From: an uncultured Pseudomonadota bacterium
GTDB lineage: Bacteria; Pseudomonadota; Alphaproteobacteria; Rhizobiales; Beijerinckiaceae
Assembly: GCA_963773245.1 (NCBI GenBank)
Contig: CAVZAL010000012.1
Span: 63,485 to 127,484 of the forward strand
DNA: 64,000 bases
Reading direction: 5' to 3'
Shown: one piece after another, positions 10,297 to 21,205 of the stretch
Layout: every line of letters begins with the position of its first letter
How positions within the stretch are numbered: position 1 is the stretch's first letter
The notes under the pieces: generated by a model
Database searches by the model: none
Told to the model about the DNA's origin: nothing
The model's input: only the letters and a program-made list of their open reading frames with translations
Made by a program: the position numbers and the translations under genes

Positions 10297-12135
10297 TCAG
10301 AAGCCGGTAAGCGTCTCGGAAACGGAATGGCCCCGCTTTTCGAGCGCCGATCGGAGCGCGGCGGCCAGCACGTCGCGACGAAAGGGTTTCTCGACGAGGG
10401 CGAACCCCTCGGCGACCGTTTCCGATGCGTGGCTACTATAACCGGTCGTGAGGATGACCGGCAGGTCTGGGCGTCGATCACGCAGGGTGCGGGCCAGATC
10501 GAGGCCGCTGACGCCGCCGGGCATGACGACGTCCGACATGACGAGCGCCAGCTTCGGATCGTTCTCGACAATGGCGAGCGCCGCCATTCCATCGCCGGCC
10601 CAGCGAGTGTCGAAACCCATGTTGCGAAGCAAGTCTTGCGTCGCCTCGGCGACTTCTTGGTCATCCTCGACCACCAGCACGCGGGCCGAGCCGGGGTCGA
10701 ACTCCGTTTGCGCCGCAATTTCAAGGGCCATCGCGGGGCCGGCGTCAGCGCGCGGTAGAAGCAGCGTGATCGCGGTCCCCCCGTTCGGCGCCCTGGCAAG
10801 CGTCGCGCTGCCGCCGGTCTGTTTCGCAAAGCCATACACCTGTGAAAGCCCGAGCCCCGACCCGAGCCCCGCAGGTTTGGTCGTGAAATACGGCTCGAAG
10901 GCTCGCGCCATCACCTCGTCCGACATGCCCGTCCCGGTGTCCGTCAGAGTGATCGCGACAAACTCGCCATCGAGGCCCGCGCCACCCGTCTCGCCTGCGG
11001 AGCGCGTATTGCGCGCCACGAGCTGGAAAGCGCCCCCGTTCGGCATAGCGTCGCGAGCGTTGACGGCTATATTGAGCAAGGCCAGTTCGAGCTCCCCTGG
11101 GTCGACCATCACCGGCCAAAGATCTGCGGGCAGATCGATTGTCACCGCGATGTCCTCGCGCAGCGAGCGGGCGATCAGTTCCTCGATCTCAGAGGCGCGC
11201 TCTTGCAGTGCGATAGTTTCCGGTCGCAGCATACGGCGTCGCGAAAAGACGAGCAGTTGTCGAATCAGACGCGCTCCACGGTCGGCAACGCTTAGAATGG
11301 CCGCCGCTCGCTTTCGCGTCGGCTCGTCCGCCGCACGATCGCGCAGCATCGAGGCGTTGCCGATGACGACGGTTAGCAGGTTGTTGAAATCGTGGGCGAT
11401 ACCGCCCATAAGGTGGCCCATCGCTTCGAGCTTTTGCGCTTGGTGCAACGCTGCCTCGGTCGCCCGATGTTCGGCCATTTCGGCTTGCAAACGCAGATTG
11501 GCTTCGCTCAAGCGAACGTTGGCCTCGTTCAGTTTGAAGCGCAGCCGGAGCGCCTCTGTGAAGATTTGGCTGAAGTGCCTTCCGGCCACCGACAGCGCCG
11601 CCACGAACACAGCGATCATCGCTGCGAACGCGCTGTCGGTGGTCGAGCCTTGCGCGAAGAAGCGCAAAGCCATTGGCGTTCCTGTCGCCAGGACGAAGGC
11701 AAGCAGTGACGGCAGATGCGCCGCACTGATCGCCATCGCGCCGGCGCACATGCCACCCATCACAGTGATGAGAAAGAGCTGGCCGAACGCCGGGAGGACC
11801 GGAAACAATATGACTCCGCCGATCCCCCAGGACAGACCGCTGAACAGCGAACCGCAAGTCGCCAACCGTGACCAACGGCGAGTGTTTTCCGGCTGAACGC
11901 GGGCGCGGCGATAGCGCAGCCACAAAATCCCGCGACCTATCGTCACCAGCAATACCGCTCCGAACCAGGCCAGCGGAAACGACGGTCGGGTCGCCAGCGG
12001 GGTGAGCACGATCGCAACCAAAGCCGCATTGACGAGATTGATCGAGAGCGCCAACGGCATTTGTCGGAACAGGCTGCGTACTTGCTCGGCATGGACCGAG
12101 CTCATCACGTCGTCTTCCGCACCCATTGGCGTCAC
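10297..12135 (-). CDS. Membrane-bound hybrid sensor histidine kinase (multi-TM, HisKA, HATPase, REC)
   Basis: AQKLEAMGHLMGGIAHDFNNLL, LLNIAVNARDAMP, DTGTGM, FEPYFTTK, GSGLGLS, and receiver VLVVEDD..SDVVMPG..TTGY..KPF. Confidence 0.92.
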   Translation of the reverse strand: MTPMGAEDDVMSSVHAEQVRSLFRQMPLALSINLVNAALVAIVLTPLATRPSFPLAWFGAVLLVTIGRGILWLRYRRARVQPENTRRWSRLATCGSLFSGLSWGIGGVILFPVLPAFGQLFLITVMGGMCAGAMAISAAHLPSLLAFVLATGTPMALRFFAQGSTTDSAFAAMIAVFVAALSVAGRHFSQIFTEALRLRFKLNEANVRLSEANLRLQAEMAEHRATEAALHQAQKLEAMGHLMGGIAHDFNNLLTVVIGNASMLRDRAADEPTRKRAAAILSVADRGARLIRQLLVFSRRRMLRPETIALQERASEIEELIARSLREDIAVTIDLPADLWPVMVDPGELELALLNIAVNARDAMPNGGAFQLVARNTRSAGETGGAGLDGEFVAITLTDTGTGMSDEVMARAFEPYFTTKPAGLGSGLGLSQVYGFAKQTGGSATLARAPNGGTAITLLLPRADAGPAMALEIAAQTEFDPGSARVLVVEDDQEVAEATQDLLRNMGFDTRWAGDGMAALAIVENDPKLALVMSDVVMPGGVSGLDLARTLRDRRPDLPVILTTGYSSHASETVAEGFALVEKPFRRDVLAAALRSALEKRGHSVSETLTGF

Positions 12136-12182
12136 GCCCCTAAGATGTGCGCCGCAGTGACCCCACTCGCAAATTCAGCGAG

Positions 12183-12360
12183 CTAGCCGTCGGCGGTCGT
12201 CTTGTCCGCGCCACCGTTTTGAACGGCGATCTTCAGATCAATCAGCCCGCGAGGCGGTCTTTGAGGCGCGCGAGCCTTCCCGCCCCGTCCGCTTCCTTGG
12301 GCCACGAACAGCCAACGGCGGTAAGGATCACAGCGAGCCTTTTCGAAACCGCCTCCCGAC
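12183..12360 (-). pseudogene. Degenerate N-terminal fragment of a class III adenylate/guanylate cyclase
   Basis: Two frames give SKRLAVILTAVGCSWPKEADGAGRLARLK and GLIDLKIAVQNGGADKTTADG, resembling the rhizobial AC start RRLAAILAADVVGYSRLMEADEAGTLARLK..LIDPKIAEHGGRIVKTTGDG. Confidence 0.55.
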
Positions 12361-12845
12361 CCAACATCGCTTCCCCGGCGGCGCGCGCTTCGACAGGGAG
12401 TGCGACGCGGCGGACCACGCCAAGCATCCTCTCGAGGCGAAAGCAAGGCAACATAAACAAGGAGGCAAATTCCTCCCGCGATGGGGTCATCCTTTGATGC
12501 GAAGGATTAGGTCAATTGGCTTTGATCCAAACCGCCAATTCGGCCCGCGCGGACTCAGTGCCTGCTCTGGCTGACCAATGCGGAGGCGAATCGACTGGCG
12601 ACGCCGCGCCGACCCGGAGTCCTATGGCGAGGCGAGCATCTTGCTCGCGAAGGAGCTCGACAGCTGGTCGAGGTGCGGCAATGGCATGCGCCGAAGTGAA
12701 TGTCCCGGGGCGGTGAAGGCAATTTCGTGTTTGCAATGGATTTATGCCAATGCGCGAACTCCGCTCCTTCTCGGCGCGCTCCGTTAGATCCCCAATCCGC
12801 CCTTCGCGGTCGCCCGACTGCGCCAAGAACCCTCGCGCCCGAACC

Positions 12846-13673
12846 TTACCGGCCCATCTCGAACCGCGGCGCGTGGCTCCCCACCTCCCGCGCCCGCACG
12901 TCCCGCGCGCCGGCCTCGCGCAGCGCGTAGGTCAGCGCATCCGGCGCCGCATCGCCCGGCCGCGCCGCCAGCACCGAGAAGCCGTGGCCGTAGGCCGCGT
13001 CGCCGATCACCTCGCCGCCCGCCGCCCGCAAGGCGCTGGCGAAATCGGCGCGCCAGCGGTCGAGCCACAGGGCCTCCAGCACCACCTGCCGCGCGCCGCC
13101 GTCGCTCAGCGGCTTGGCGATGACATAGACCGGCAGGCCCGCGGGATGGTCGGGCCGCTCGACGAACGGCAGCCGCGCGATCACTTTCGGCGCTTCGGGT
13201 TCGGCGAGCCGCATCCACCAGGCGCCGGCCGCCGCGCCGCCGTCGAGGGCGAACATGCCGAGATCGCCGGCGCTGCGCGCCACCGAATCGATGACGCCGG
13301 CCGCTCCGAAATGCGGCGTCACCGGCACCGTGAAGCCGAAATGGAAACGCTCGCTGTCGCGGATCGCCGATTCGCCGCGCGAGACGTCGATATGCACGGT
13401 GTAGGGCGCCTGAACGTAAGTGAAAGTCGAGATGATGATGCGCCAGATGCCCTCGACCGTGTCGACCGGCAGCCGGCCCTCGTGGCGCTCGACGATGGCG
13501 CGAAGCATCGAAGCCTCGCGCGCGGGCCGGAACGCCGAGCCGCCGCCCTGGCCGCGCTTGATCTCGATCAGGCGCTCGATGACGCCCGATCGCGCGATCA
13601 GGAGCTTGTGCATCTCGGCGTCGATACGGTCGATCTCGCGCCGGATGTCGTCGAGCGTCGCCAGTTCGCTCAC
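12846..13673 (-). CDS. Chorismate mutase (AroQ domain plus C-terminal extension)
   Basis: [57 protein letters not shown] start overlaps the rho stop. Confidence 0.88.
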   Translation of the reverse strand: MSELATLDDIRREIDRIDAEMHKLLIARSGVIERLIEIKRGQGGGSAFRPAREASMLRAIVERHEGRLPVDTVEGIWRIIISTFTYVQAPYTVHIDVSRGESAIRDSERFHFGFTVPVTPHFGAAGVIDSVARSAGDLGMFALDGGAAAGAWWMRLAEPEAPKVIARLPFVERPDHPAGLPVYVIAKPLSDGGARQVVLEALWLDRWRADFASALRAAGGEVIGDAAYGHGFSVLAARPGDAAPDALTYALREAGARDVRAREVGSHAPRFEMGR

Positions 13674-14937
13674 GTGTTCATGGACTCGAAGAAGTTGGCG
13701 TTGGTCTTGGTCTCACGCAGCTTGCCGAGCAGGAACTCGATGGCGTCGACCGTGCCCATCGGGTTGAGGATGCGGCGCAGCACGTACATCTTCTTGAGGA
13801 TGTCGGGCGGGACCAGCAGCTCTTCCTTGCGGGTGCCGGAGCGGGTGATGTCCATCGACGGGAAGGTGCGCTTGTCGGCGACCTTGCGGTCGAGGATGAT
13901 CTCCGAGTTGCCGGTGCCCTTGAACTCCTCGAAGATCACTTCGTCCATGCGCGAGCCGGTGTCGATCAGGGCGGTGGCGATGATGGTCAGCGAGCCGCCT
14001 TCCTCGATGTTGCGCGCCGCGCCGAAGAAGCGCTTCGGCCGCTGCAGCGCGTTGGCGTCGACGCCGCCGGTCAGCACCTTGCCGGAGGACGGCACGACCG
14101 TGTTGTAGGCGCGGCCGAGGCGGGTGATCGAATCGAGCAGGATCACCACGTCGCGGCGGTGCTCGACGAGGCGCTTGGCCTTCTCGATCACCATTTCCGC
14201 GACCTGCACGTGGCGCGCGGCGGGCTCGTCGAAGGTGGAGGAGACGACCTCGCCCTTCACCGAACGCTGCATGTCGGTCACTTCCTCCGGCCGCTCGTCG
14301 ATCAGCAGCACGATGAGGTAGCATTCGGGATGATTGGCGGTGACGGACTGGGCGATGTTCTGCAGCAGCACGGTCTTGCCGGTGCGCGGCGGCGCGACGA
14401 TCAGCGCGCGCTGGCCCTTGCCGATCGGCGCAGACGATGTCGATGACGCGGCTCGACATGTCCTTGCGGGTGGGATCGTCGACTTCGAGCTTGAGCGGCT
14501 GATTGCGGATAGAGCGGCGTCAGATTGTCGAAAGGGACCTTGTGGCGGGTCTTTTCCGGGTCCTCGAAATTGATCGCGTTGCACTTCAGCAGCGCGAAAT
14601 AGCGTTCGCCCTCCTTCGGGCTGCGAATCACGCCCTCGACCGTGTCGCCGGTGCGAAGCCCCAGGCGGCGGATCTGGCTTGGCGAGACATAGATGTCGTC
14701 GGGGCCGGGCAGATAATTGGCGTCGGCCGAGCGCAGGAAGGCGAAGCCGTCCTGCAGGATTTCGACGACGCCTTCGCCGATGATCTCGATCTCGCGGCTC
14801 GCCAGCTGCTTGAGGATGGCGAACATCAATTCCTGCTTGCGCATGATGGAGGCGTTCTCGACCTCCTGCTCCTCGGCGAAAGCGAGCAGCTCCGTCGGCG
14901 ATTTCTTCTTCAAGTCTTTGAGTTTGATTTCCCGCAT
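13670..14937 (-). CDS. rho: Transcription termination factor Rho (frameshifts near 14430-14510)
   Basis: [95 protein letters not shown]. Confidence 0.95.
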
Positions 14938-15284
14938 GGGGCTCTCTGCAGATGGGCGAGCTGTTACGGCTCGGGGCGCGCGCGCGCGAAACCTTGAACA
15001 AGGACTTCGAGGGATGCGGCGCTGCGAGGCGTGCGAGGATCTCGACGCTGTCCGATGAGGTGGGCGAAATCCCCATAGAGAGGTTCGGCGAATTTGGCAA
15101 TGGCGGCAGGCGGGGCCTTGCGCGGAGGCGTGGCCTCCCGAAAACCGACCCTCCGCGGCCGCTCCGCCGACGGAAATTTTGCTGTTCCGACCGTCGCGAA
15201 CGGTAATGAGGGCTGCATCGAGCGCAAGGGCGCCGAGGCGTGCCCCTTCGGGCGGCCATGGGCGGGCAACGCCGAAGGAATTGG

Positions 15285-16511
15285 ATGTCTCACGTCGAAG
15301 CCAGCGCCATGACCTCTATGGCGCCTGCGATCCGCTACCCGCACGAGGCCGCCAACGTGCTTCGGCTGTCGGTCGCGCAGGCGCTCGCCGGCGCCAACAC
15401 GGCGGTCGCCTATGCGACGGGCGCCGTCGTCGGCCACACGCTGGCGCCGAACCCGGCGCTGGCGACGCTGCCGATCTCGGTTCTGGTGGTGGGGATGGCG
15501 GCGTCCACCCTGCCGGCCGGGGCGATCGCCAGGCGCTACGGCCGTCGCGCCGCCTTCCTGGCGGGAACGGGATGCGGCGTCCTCGCCGGCCTTCTGGCGG
15601 CCTCGGGGTCGTCATGGGCTTGTTCTGGCTGTTTTGCGTGGCGATGGTCTTCGTCGGCGCCTACGCCGCCGTGGGCTTCTCCTACCGGTTCGCCGCCGCC
15701 GATTGCGTTCCCCCGCCGCGGCATTCGCGCGCCATGTCCGCGGTTCTGGCCGGCGGCGTGTTCGCCGGGGTGATCGGTCCGCAGCTCGTCACCTATACGA
15801 TGAACCTTTGGTCGCCTTTCCTCTTCGCGGCCACCTATCTCGCGCAGGCCGGCGTGGCGCTCCTGTCCGCGCTCGTCCTCGTCGGCGTGCGCATGCCCGC
15901 GCTCCGGAGGCGGACACGGCGGCGGCCGTCCGCTCGGCGAGATCCTGCGCCAGCCTCGCTTCATCATGGCCGTGATCTGCGGGGTCGTGTCCTATGTGCT
16001 GATGAATTTCATCATGACGGCCGCGCCTTTGGCGATGCGGCTCTGCGGCCTGCCGCAGGAGACCGCCAACCTCGGTCTGCAATGGCACGTCATCGCGATG
16101 TACGCCCCGAGCTTTTTCACCGGCCGGCTGCTGGCGCGCTTCGGCGCCCCGCGCCTGGTGGGCGTGGGTCTCGCGCTGATCGCCGCCTCCGCCGTCGTCG
16201 GACTGACGGGGACGGACGCCGCGCGTTTCTGGCTCAGCCTGATCCTGCTCGGCGTCGGCTGGAACTTCGGCTTTCTCGGCGCCTCCGCTATGGTGCTGGA
16301 GTGCCACCGGCCCGAGGAGCGCACGCGCGTTCAGTCGCTCAACGATTTCATGGTGTTCGGCACGATGATCCTCGGCTCCTTCTCCTCGGGCGGCCTGCTG
16401 ACGTCCTTCGGATGGAGCGCGGTGCTTTGGGTGTCGTTCGCGCCCCTCGCCCTGGCGCTCGCCGCCCTCGCGTTCACCGCGTCGTCCCGCGAACGCCGCG
16501 CGGCCGGGTGA
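15285..16511 (+). CDS. MFS transporter (frameshifted)
   Basis: [84 protein letters not shown], across three frames. Confidence 0.85.
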
Positions 16512-18889
16512 CGCGCGCGGACGATCCCCGTCCGGCAATTTCGAGGCGTTCGGCCCGCGTTCGGCTCCTCGGTGTCCGACACCGGGAACGGATAGGGGAT
16601 GCGCAGGCCCGCGGCGCGCATCCGGCTCATGATGTCGAAATTGAGCTCCGCTGCGCACCCGCTCCCCCATCAGCGCGTCCTCGACAAAGACGATGAGCTG
16701 GAACTTCATGCCCCAGTCGCCGAATTCGCTGAACAGGGCGAGCGGCGCGGGAATCGACAGCACCGCGTCCTGCGCCTTGGCGGCGTCGATCAGCAGACGC
16801 GCGCACGACCTCCGGATCGCTCTCGTAGGCCGCGTTGACGGCGATGATGATGCGCCCGACGCGGTCGGTGTGCATCCAGTTCTTCACCGAGCCGGTCACG
16901 AGCGTCAGGTTCGGCACGATCAGCGTCGCGCGCTCGAAGGTCTCGATCTCGGTCGAGCGGGCGTTGATGCGGCGCACGAAGCCCTGGTCCTGCCCGACCA
17001 CCACCCAGTCGCCGACGCGGATGCCGCGCTCCCACAGCAGGATCAGCCCGGAGACGAAATTGTTGGCGATGCCCTGCAGGCCGAAGCCGATGCCGACCGA
17101 AAGGCCGCCGGCGATCCAGGCGAGCCGGTCGGCGTCGACGCCGAGCCGCGACGCCGCCGGCCAGCAGCGCGATCACCACGCCGAGATAGCCGAAGATGGT
17201 GCGGATCGAGTTCTGGACGCCGGCGTCGAGCTTGGTGCGCGGCAGATAGCGGTCGCTGAGCCAGGTCTGCGCCGCCCGCGTCGCCGACCAGAATCAGCAC
17301 GAAGGCGATGGGCCGCCGCCAGCAGCGACGAGACGGACAGCGTGACGCCGCCGATGCTGACGCCGAAATAGGCGGTGCGCAGCGTCGCGAGCAGATCCTG
17401 GCTCGGCATGCCGAACGGCCCGATCGCCACCACCAGCGCGACGACGATCACCGACAGCCGCGCCGACGCCCTGAACCAGAACGACGATCTGCTCCAGCCC
17501 GCCGCGGCGCAGGCCGAGCAAGGCCGTGAGGCTCTTGGCGGCGGTCGACTCCGGCCGCAGCAGCCGCTCGCAGCGCCTCCTGCAACAGCGCGTCGCCGAG
17601 ATAGAGCACGGCGACGCACGCCGACGAATTGCAGGGCGTGCTCGACGAGATAGGTCGCCAGCGCGATATAGCCGGTCAGCGCGCAGGCGAAGATCGCCAC
17701 CAGATAAATCCAGACGAACGCGCGCTGCCGGCCGGCCGGTGTCCCTCGTCGAGGAGGCGTCGGAGAGGCGCGCGAGGTTGCGGAACGTGTCGGCGGCGAG
17801 CCCGGCGATGACGATCGCCGACAGTCCGCGCGTCAGCACCAGCATGTTGTAGGACAGCACCGATTCGGCGACCGCCTCGACGAGACGGGAGATCGACCAG
17901 ACCACGGCGACGGCGAGGGCGAGCCGGGTCAAGCCGTCCCGCCGCCTCGTCGCCGATCGGCGCCAGCCGCCACGCCTCCTCCTTGGGGGCGAGCAGCGAG
18001 CGCGCGATGGCGTTGGCGAGCGCGATGCGCCTGAGCCCGTCGAGCGCGGCGCCGACGATGCCCTGCAGCCGCGGGTCGGAGAGATCGAAGGCGTCGAGCG
18101 CATAGGCGACGATGCTGAGGCCGACCAGCGGCAGCGCGGCCAGCACCGCCAGCGTCCAGAGGGCGACCAGCGCCTTGCGCAGCCGCTCGGGCGTCTTCTC
18201 CTGCGCCGCCGAGGAAAGCACGCGCCGGGCGACCCATCGCAGCGGCGCGGCCAGAAGCAAGATCGCGGCGACGACGCCGAGAAATCCGCCGAGCGCGCTC
18301 CAGGTCGCGCGCGCCGCCAGACGCTCGCCCGCGTCGGCGACCAGGCGCTGGAAGCGCGCGCGAATCGCCGGGCAACTCGCGCAGCACGGAAAGCCAGAGC
18401 AGCGGGCTCAGCACGCTGGTCGAGCGCGCGAAGGTCTGCTTGGTGAAGATTTCGCGCCGCTTGGCGCTGATGCGGGCGATATAGTCGTCGACCTGCAAGA
18501 GCGCGGCCCGGGCGGAGCGCAAATCCGCGTCGAGCTTGTCGAACTTGGTCTGCTCGGCCTTCAGCTCATCGGCGGCGGGGTCGGGCTGCGGCGGCCCCGT
18601 CATGGCTCTTGGGCTTCAACTCCGCGAGCCGCTTGCGCGAGGCGTCGAGCCGCGGCGTCAGATCGGCGATGACCCCCTGCAACTGGCCGGCCAGCGGCTC
18701 GGCGCGGGCGCGCAACTTCGAAAGATCGTTGTCGGTCAGGGTGTCGAGCTTCAGCTCGTCGTCGACGTCGCTCAGCGCCGCCTTGACCGAATCCAGCGTC
18801 TCGCGCGGGCTGTCGTCGGCGGCGTGGGCGAAGCCGCCGAGCGCCAGGCCCATGAGAGCCAGGGCGAGGAACAGACGGATCGATCTCAA
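16512..18889 (-). CDS. Large MscS-family mechanosensitive channel with DUF3772-like periplasmic domain. Many frameshifts, 3' end uncertain.
   Basis: TTG start at 18889 with signal peptide, coiled-coil domain, TM region, then G.LSVGIGFGLQ.I.NNFVSGLILLWER.IRVGDWV and RINARSTEIETFERATLIVPN. Confidence 0.8.
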
Positions 18890-19051
18890 GCGATTCCCCC
18901 AGATGCGCCGAAGACGCCTACCATGCCGCTCCCGCCATAAACGCGCCAGCGTGGCCGTCCGAAGGCGAAGGACGCATTCACCTTGCCGGCGAAATAGGCT
19001 GCGGGCGAGGCCAGGGTTTGTTAGAGAGGGCGCCAGCAAAAGGGGAGCCTC

Positions 19052-20187
19052 GTGCGTCCATTGTCCAGCGCCGAACGCTCAGGCCGCCGCGCCGCCGGCG
19101 AAGCGCGCCCTGCGATTCTTCGAGGAGGCGGGTTTCGTGCGCGTCGAGCCCGCGATCCTGCAACCGACCGCGCCGTTCCTCGACATGTCCGGCGAGGACA
19201 TTCGCGGTCGGCTGTTTCTCACCGCCGGCCCCGACGGCGAGGAGCTCTGCCTGAGGCCGGACTACACGATTCCCGTCTGCCTCATGCATCTGTCCGAACC
19301 GCGAGCGGGCGGGCGAGACGCGCTACTGCTATCTCGGCCCGGTGTTTCGCGCCCGCGCCGGCGCGGAGGGCGAGCTCGTCCAGACCGGCCTCGAAAGCTT
19401 CGGCCGGCGCGACATCGAAGCGGCGGATGCGGAAATTCTGGCGCTCGCGCTGGAGGCGGCGAGCGCGGCCGGGGCGGGGCCGCTGAAAGTCAGGATCGGC
19501 GACGCGCGGGTGTTCGACGACGTCATCGGCGCGCTGGGCCTGCCCGAATATTGGCGACGGCGCGTGCGGCGCGGCGTCGCGCGCGGGCTTTCGCTGGACA
19601 AGCTCGTCGACCGCAGCGGCCTGACGCCGTTCTCCAAGGCCGGGGTGCTCGCGGCGCTGGAGCGCGCCGACCACGACGGCGCCAAGGCGCTGGTGCAGGA
19701 TCTGCTGTCGATCGCCGGCATCGCCAATGTCGGCGGCCGTTCGCTCAGCGAAATCGCCGACCGCTTCCTGGAGCAGGCGGCGACCCGGCAGGACGAGGGG
19801 CTGGCGCCCGAGCCGATGCAGGCGCTGGAACGCTTTCTGTCGATCTCCGGCCATCCCGACGCCGCCTCGCGCGCCTTGCGCGCTCTGGCCAGGGACGCCC
19901 GCCTCGACATCGACAAGGCGCTCGCCTCGTTCGAGGAGCGCGTCGGCTTCATGGCCGCGCGCGGGCTGCCGATCGACGAATTCACCTATTCCGCGGCCTT
20001 CGTGCGCGATCTCGATTATTACACCGGCTTCGTGTTCGAGGCGTCGGACCCGGCGCGTCCGGGTCCGCCGTCGGTCGGCGGGGGACGCTACGACGGGCTG
20101 GCGCGCAAGCTCGGCGCGGCGCAGGAGACGCCGGCGGTGGGGGCGGCGATCTGGCTCGACCGCCTGAAGGCGGAGAACTGCGCATGA
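19052..20187 (+). CDS. hisZ: ATP phosphoribosyltransferase regulatory subunit (frameshifted)
   Basis: EPAILQP..FLDMSGEDIRGRLF..LCLRPDYTIPV, Y.GPVFR..E..QTGLE, RDLDYYTGFVFE, GGGRYDGL. Overlaps hisG. Confidence 0.88.
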
Positions 20188-21155
20188 CGCTGACCATCGC
20201 CGTGCCCTCGAAAGGGCGCCTGCAGGAAAACGCCTACGATTATTTCGCCCACGCCGGGCTCGACATCCAGCAGGGCCGCGGCGCGCGCGACTATCGCGGC
20301 GCGATCGCGGGGGTGGCGGATGTCGAGGTCGCCTTCCTTTCGGCTTCCGAGATCGTCGGCCAGCTCGCCTCGGGCGCGGTCCATATCGGCGTCACCGGCG
20401 AGGACCTCGTGCGCGAGCATGTCGCCGACGCCGACAGCCGGCTCGTGCTCCTGACCAGGCTCGGTTTCGGGCGCGCCCATGTCGTCGTCGCCGTGCCGCA
20501 ATCCTGGATCGACGTGCGCAGCATGGCCGATCTCGAGGACGTCTGCGCTCATTATCGGGCGCGACGCGGCGAGCGCATGCGGGTGGCGACGAAATACGTC
20601 AATCTGACGCGCCGCTTCTTCAACGAGCACGGCGTCAGCGATTACCGCATCGTCGAAAGCCTGGGCGCGACCGAGGGCGCGCCGGCTGCGGGCTCGGCCG
20701 AGTTCATCGTCGACATCACCACGACCGGGGCGACGCTCGCCGCCAATGCGCTGAAGATCATCGAGGACGGGACGATTCTCAAGAGCGAGGCCAATCTCGC
20801 GGCCTCCCTGCGGGCGGACTGGAGCCCGAAAGCCAGGGTCGCCGCGCGCGCGATCCTGTCGCGCCTGGCCGCTGCGGAAACGGCGCGCCGCGCGCGCGAA
20901 GTCCGGGCGATCCTGCCGACGGGCGGGGCGCGGACGATCGCCGAGGCCGCCGCCCGCTTCGACGCCAAGCCGGATCTGGCGGGCGAGGGCGCCGTCGCCT
21001 TTCTCTGCCCGCGCGACCGGACGGCGGAGCTTGCCGATTTCCTGCTGTCGCAGGGCGCCAAGCGCGTCGTCGTCCAGAGCGTGGAGCAGGTGTTCGAGAC
21101 CGAAAACCCGCTCTACGCGGCCCTCGACAGCAAGGTTCTGTCGAAAGCCGGCTAA
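20184..21155 (+). CDS. hisG: ATP phosphoribosyltransferase
   Basis: MTLTIAVPSKGRL, GVTGEDL, RVATKY, ESLGATEGAPAAGSAEFIVDITTTGATLAANALK. Confidence 0.93.
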   Translation: MTLTIAVPSKGRLQENAYDYFAHAGLDIQQGRGARDYRGAIAGVADVEVAFLSASEIVGQLASGAVHIGVTGEDLVREHVADADSRLVLLTRLGFGRAHVVVAVPQSWIDVRSMADLEDVCAHYRARRGERMRVATKYVNLTRRFFNEHGVSDYRIVESLGATEGAPAAGSAEFIVDITTTGATLAANALKIIEDGTILKSEANLAASLRADWSPKARVAARAILSRLAAAETARRAREVRAILPTGGARTIAEAAARFDAKPDLAGEGAVAFLCPRDRTAELADFLLSQGAKRVVVQSVEQVFETENPLYAALDSKVLSKAG

Positions 21156-21157
21156 AA

Positions 21158-21182
21158 GGCCCCGGGCCTGAAACCCGGGGCC
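21158..21182. terminator. Hairpin between convergent hisG and degP
   Basis: GGCCCGGG...CCCGGGGCC imperfect stem, preceded by AAAA (a U-tract on the minus strand). Confidence 0.45.
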
Positions 21183-21205
21183 GCGTCGCGTTACGCCTTG
21201 CCGCG

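Noticed and set aside
18609-21155. 848-aa HisZ-HisG fusion ORF
   Set aside because: An artefact of frameshifts. hisZ ends at TGA 20187, overlapping the hisG ATG at 20184.
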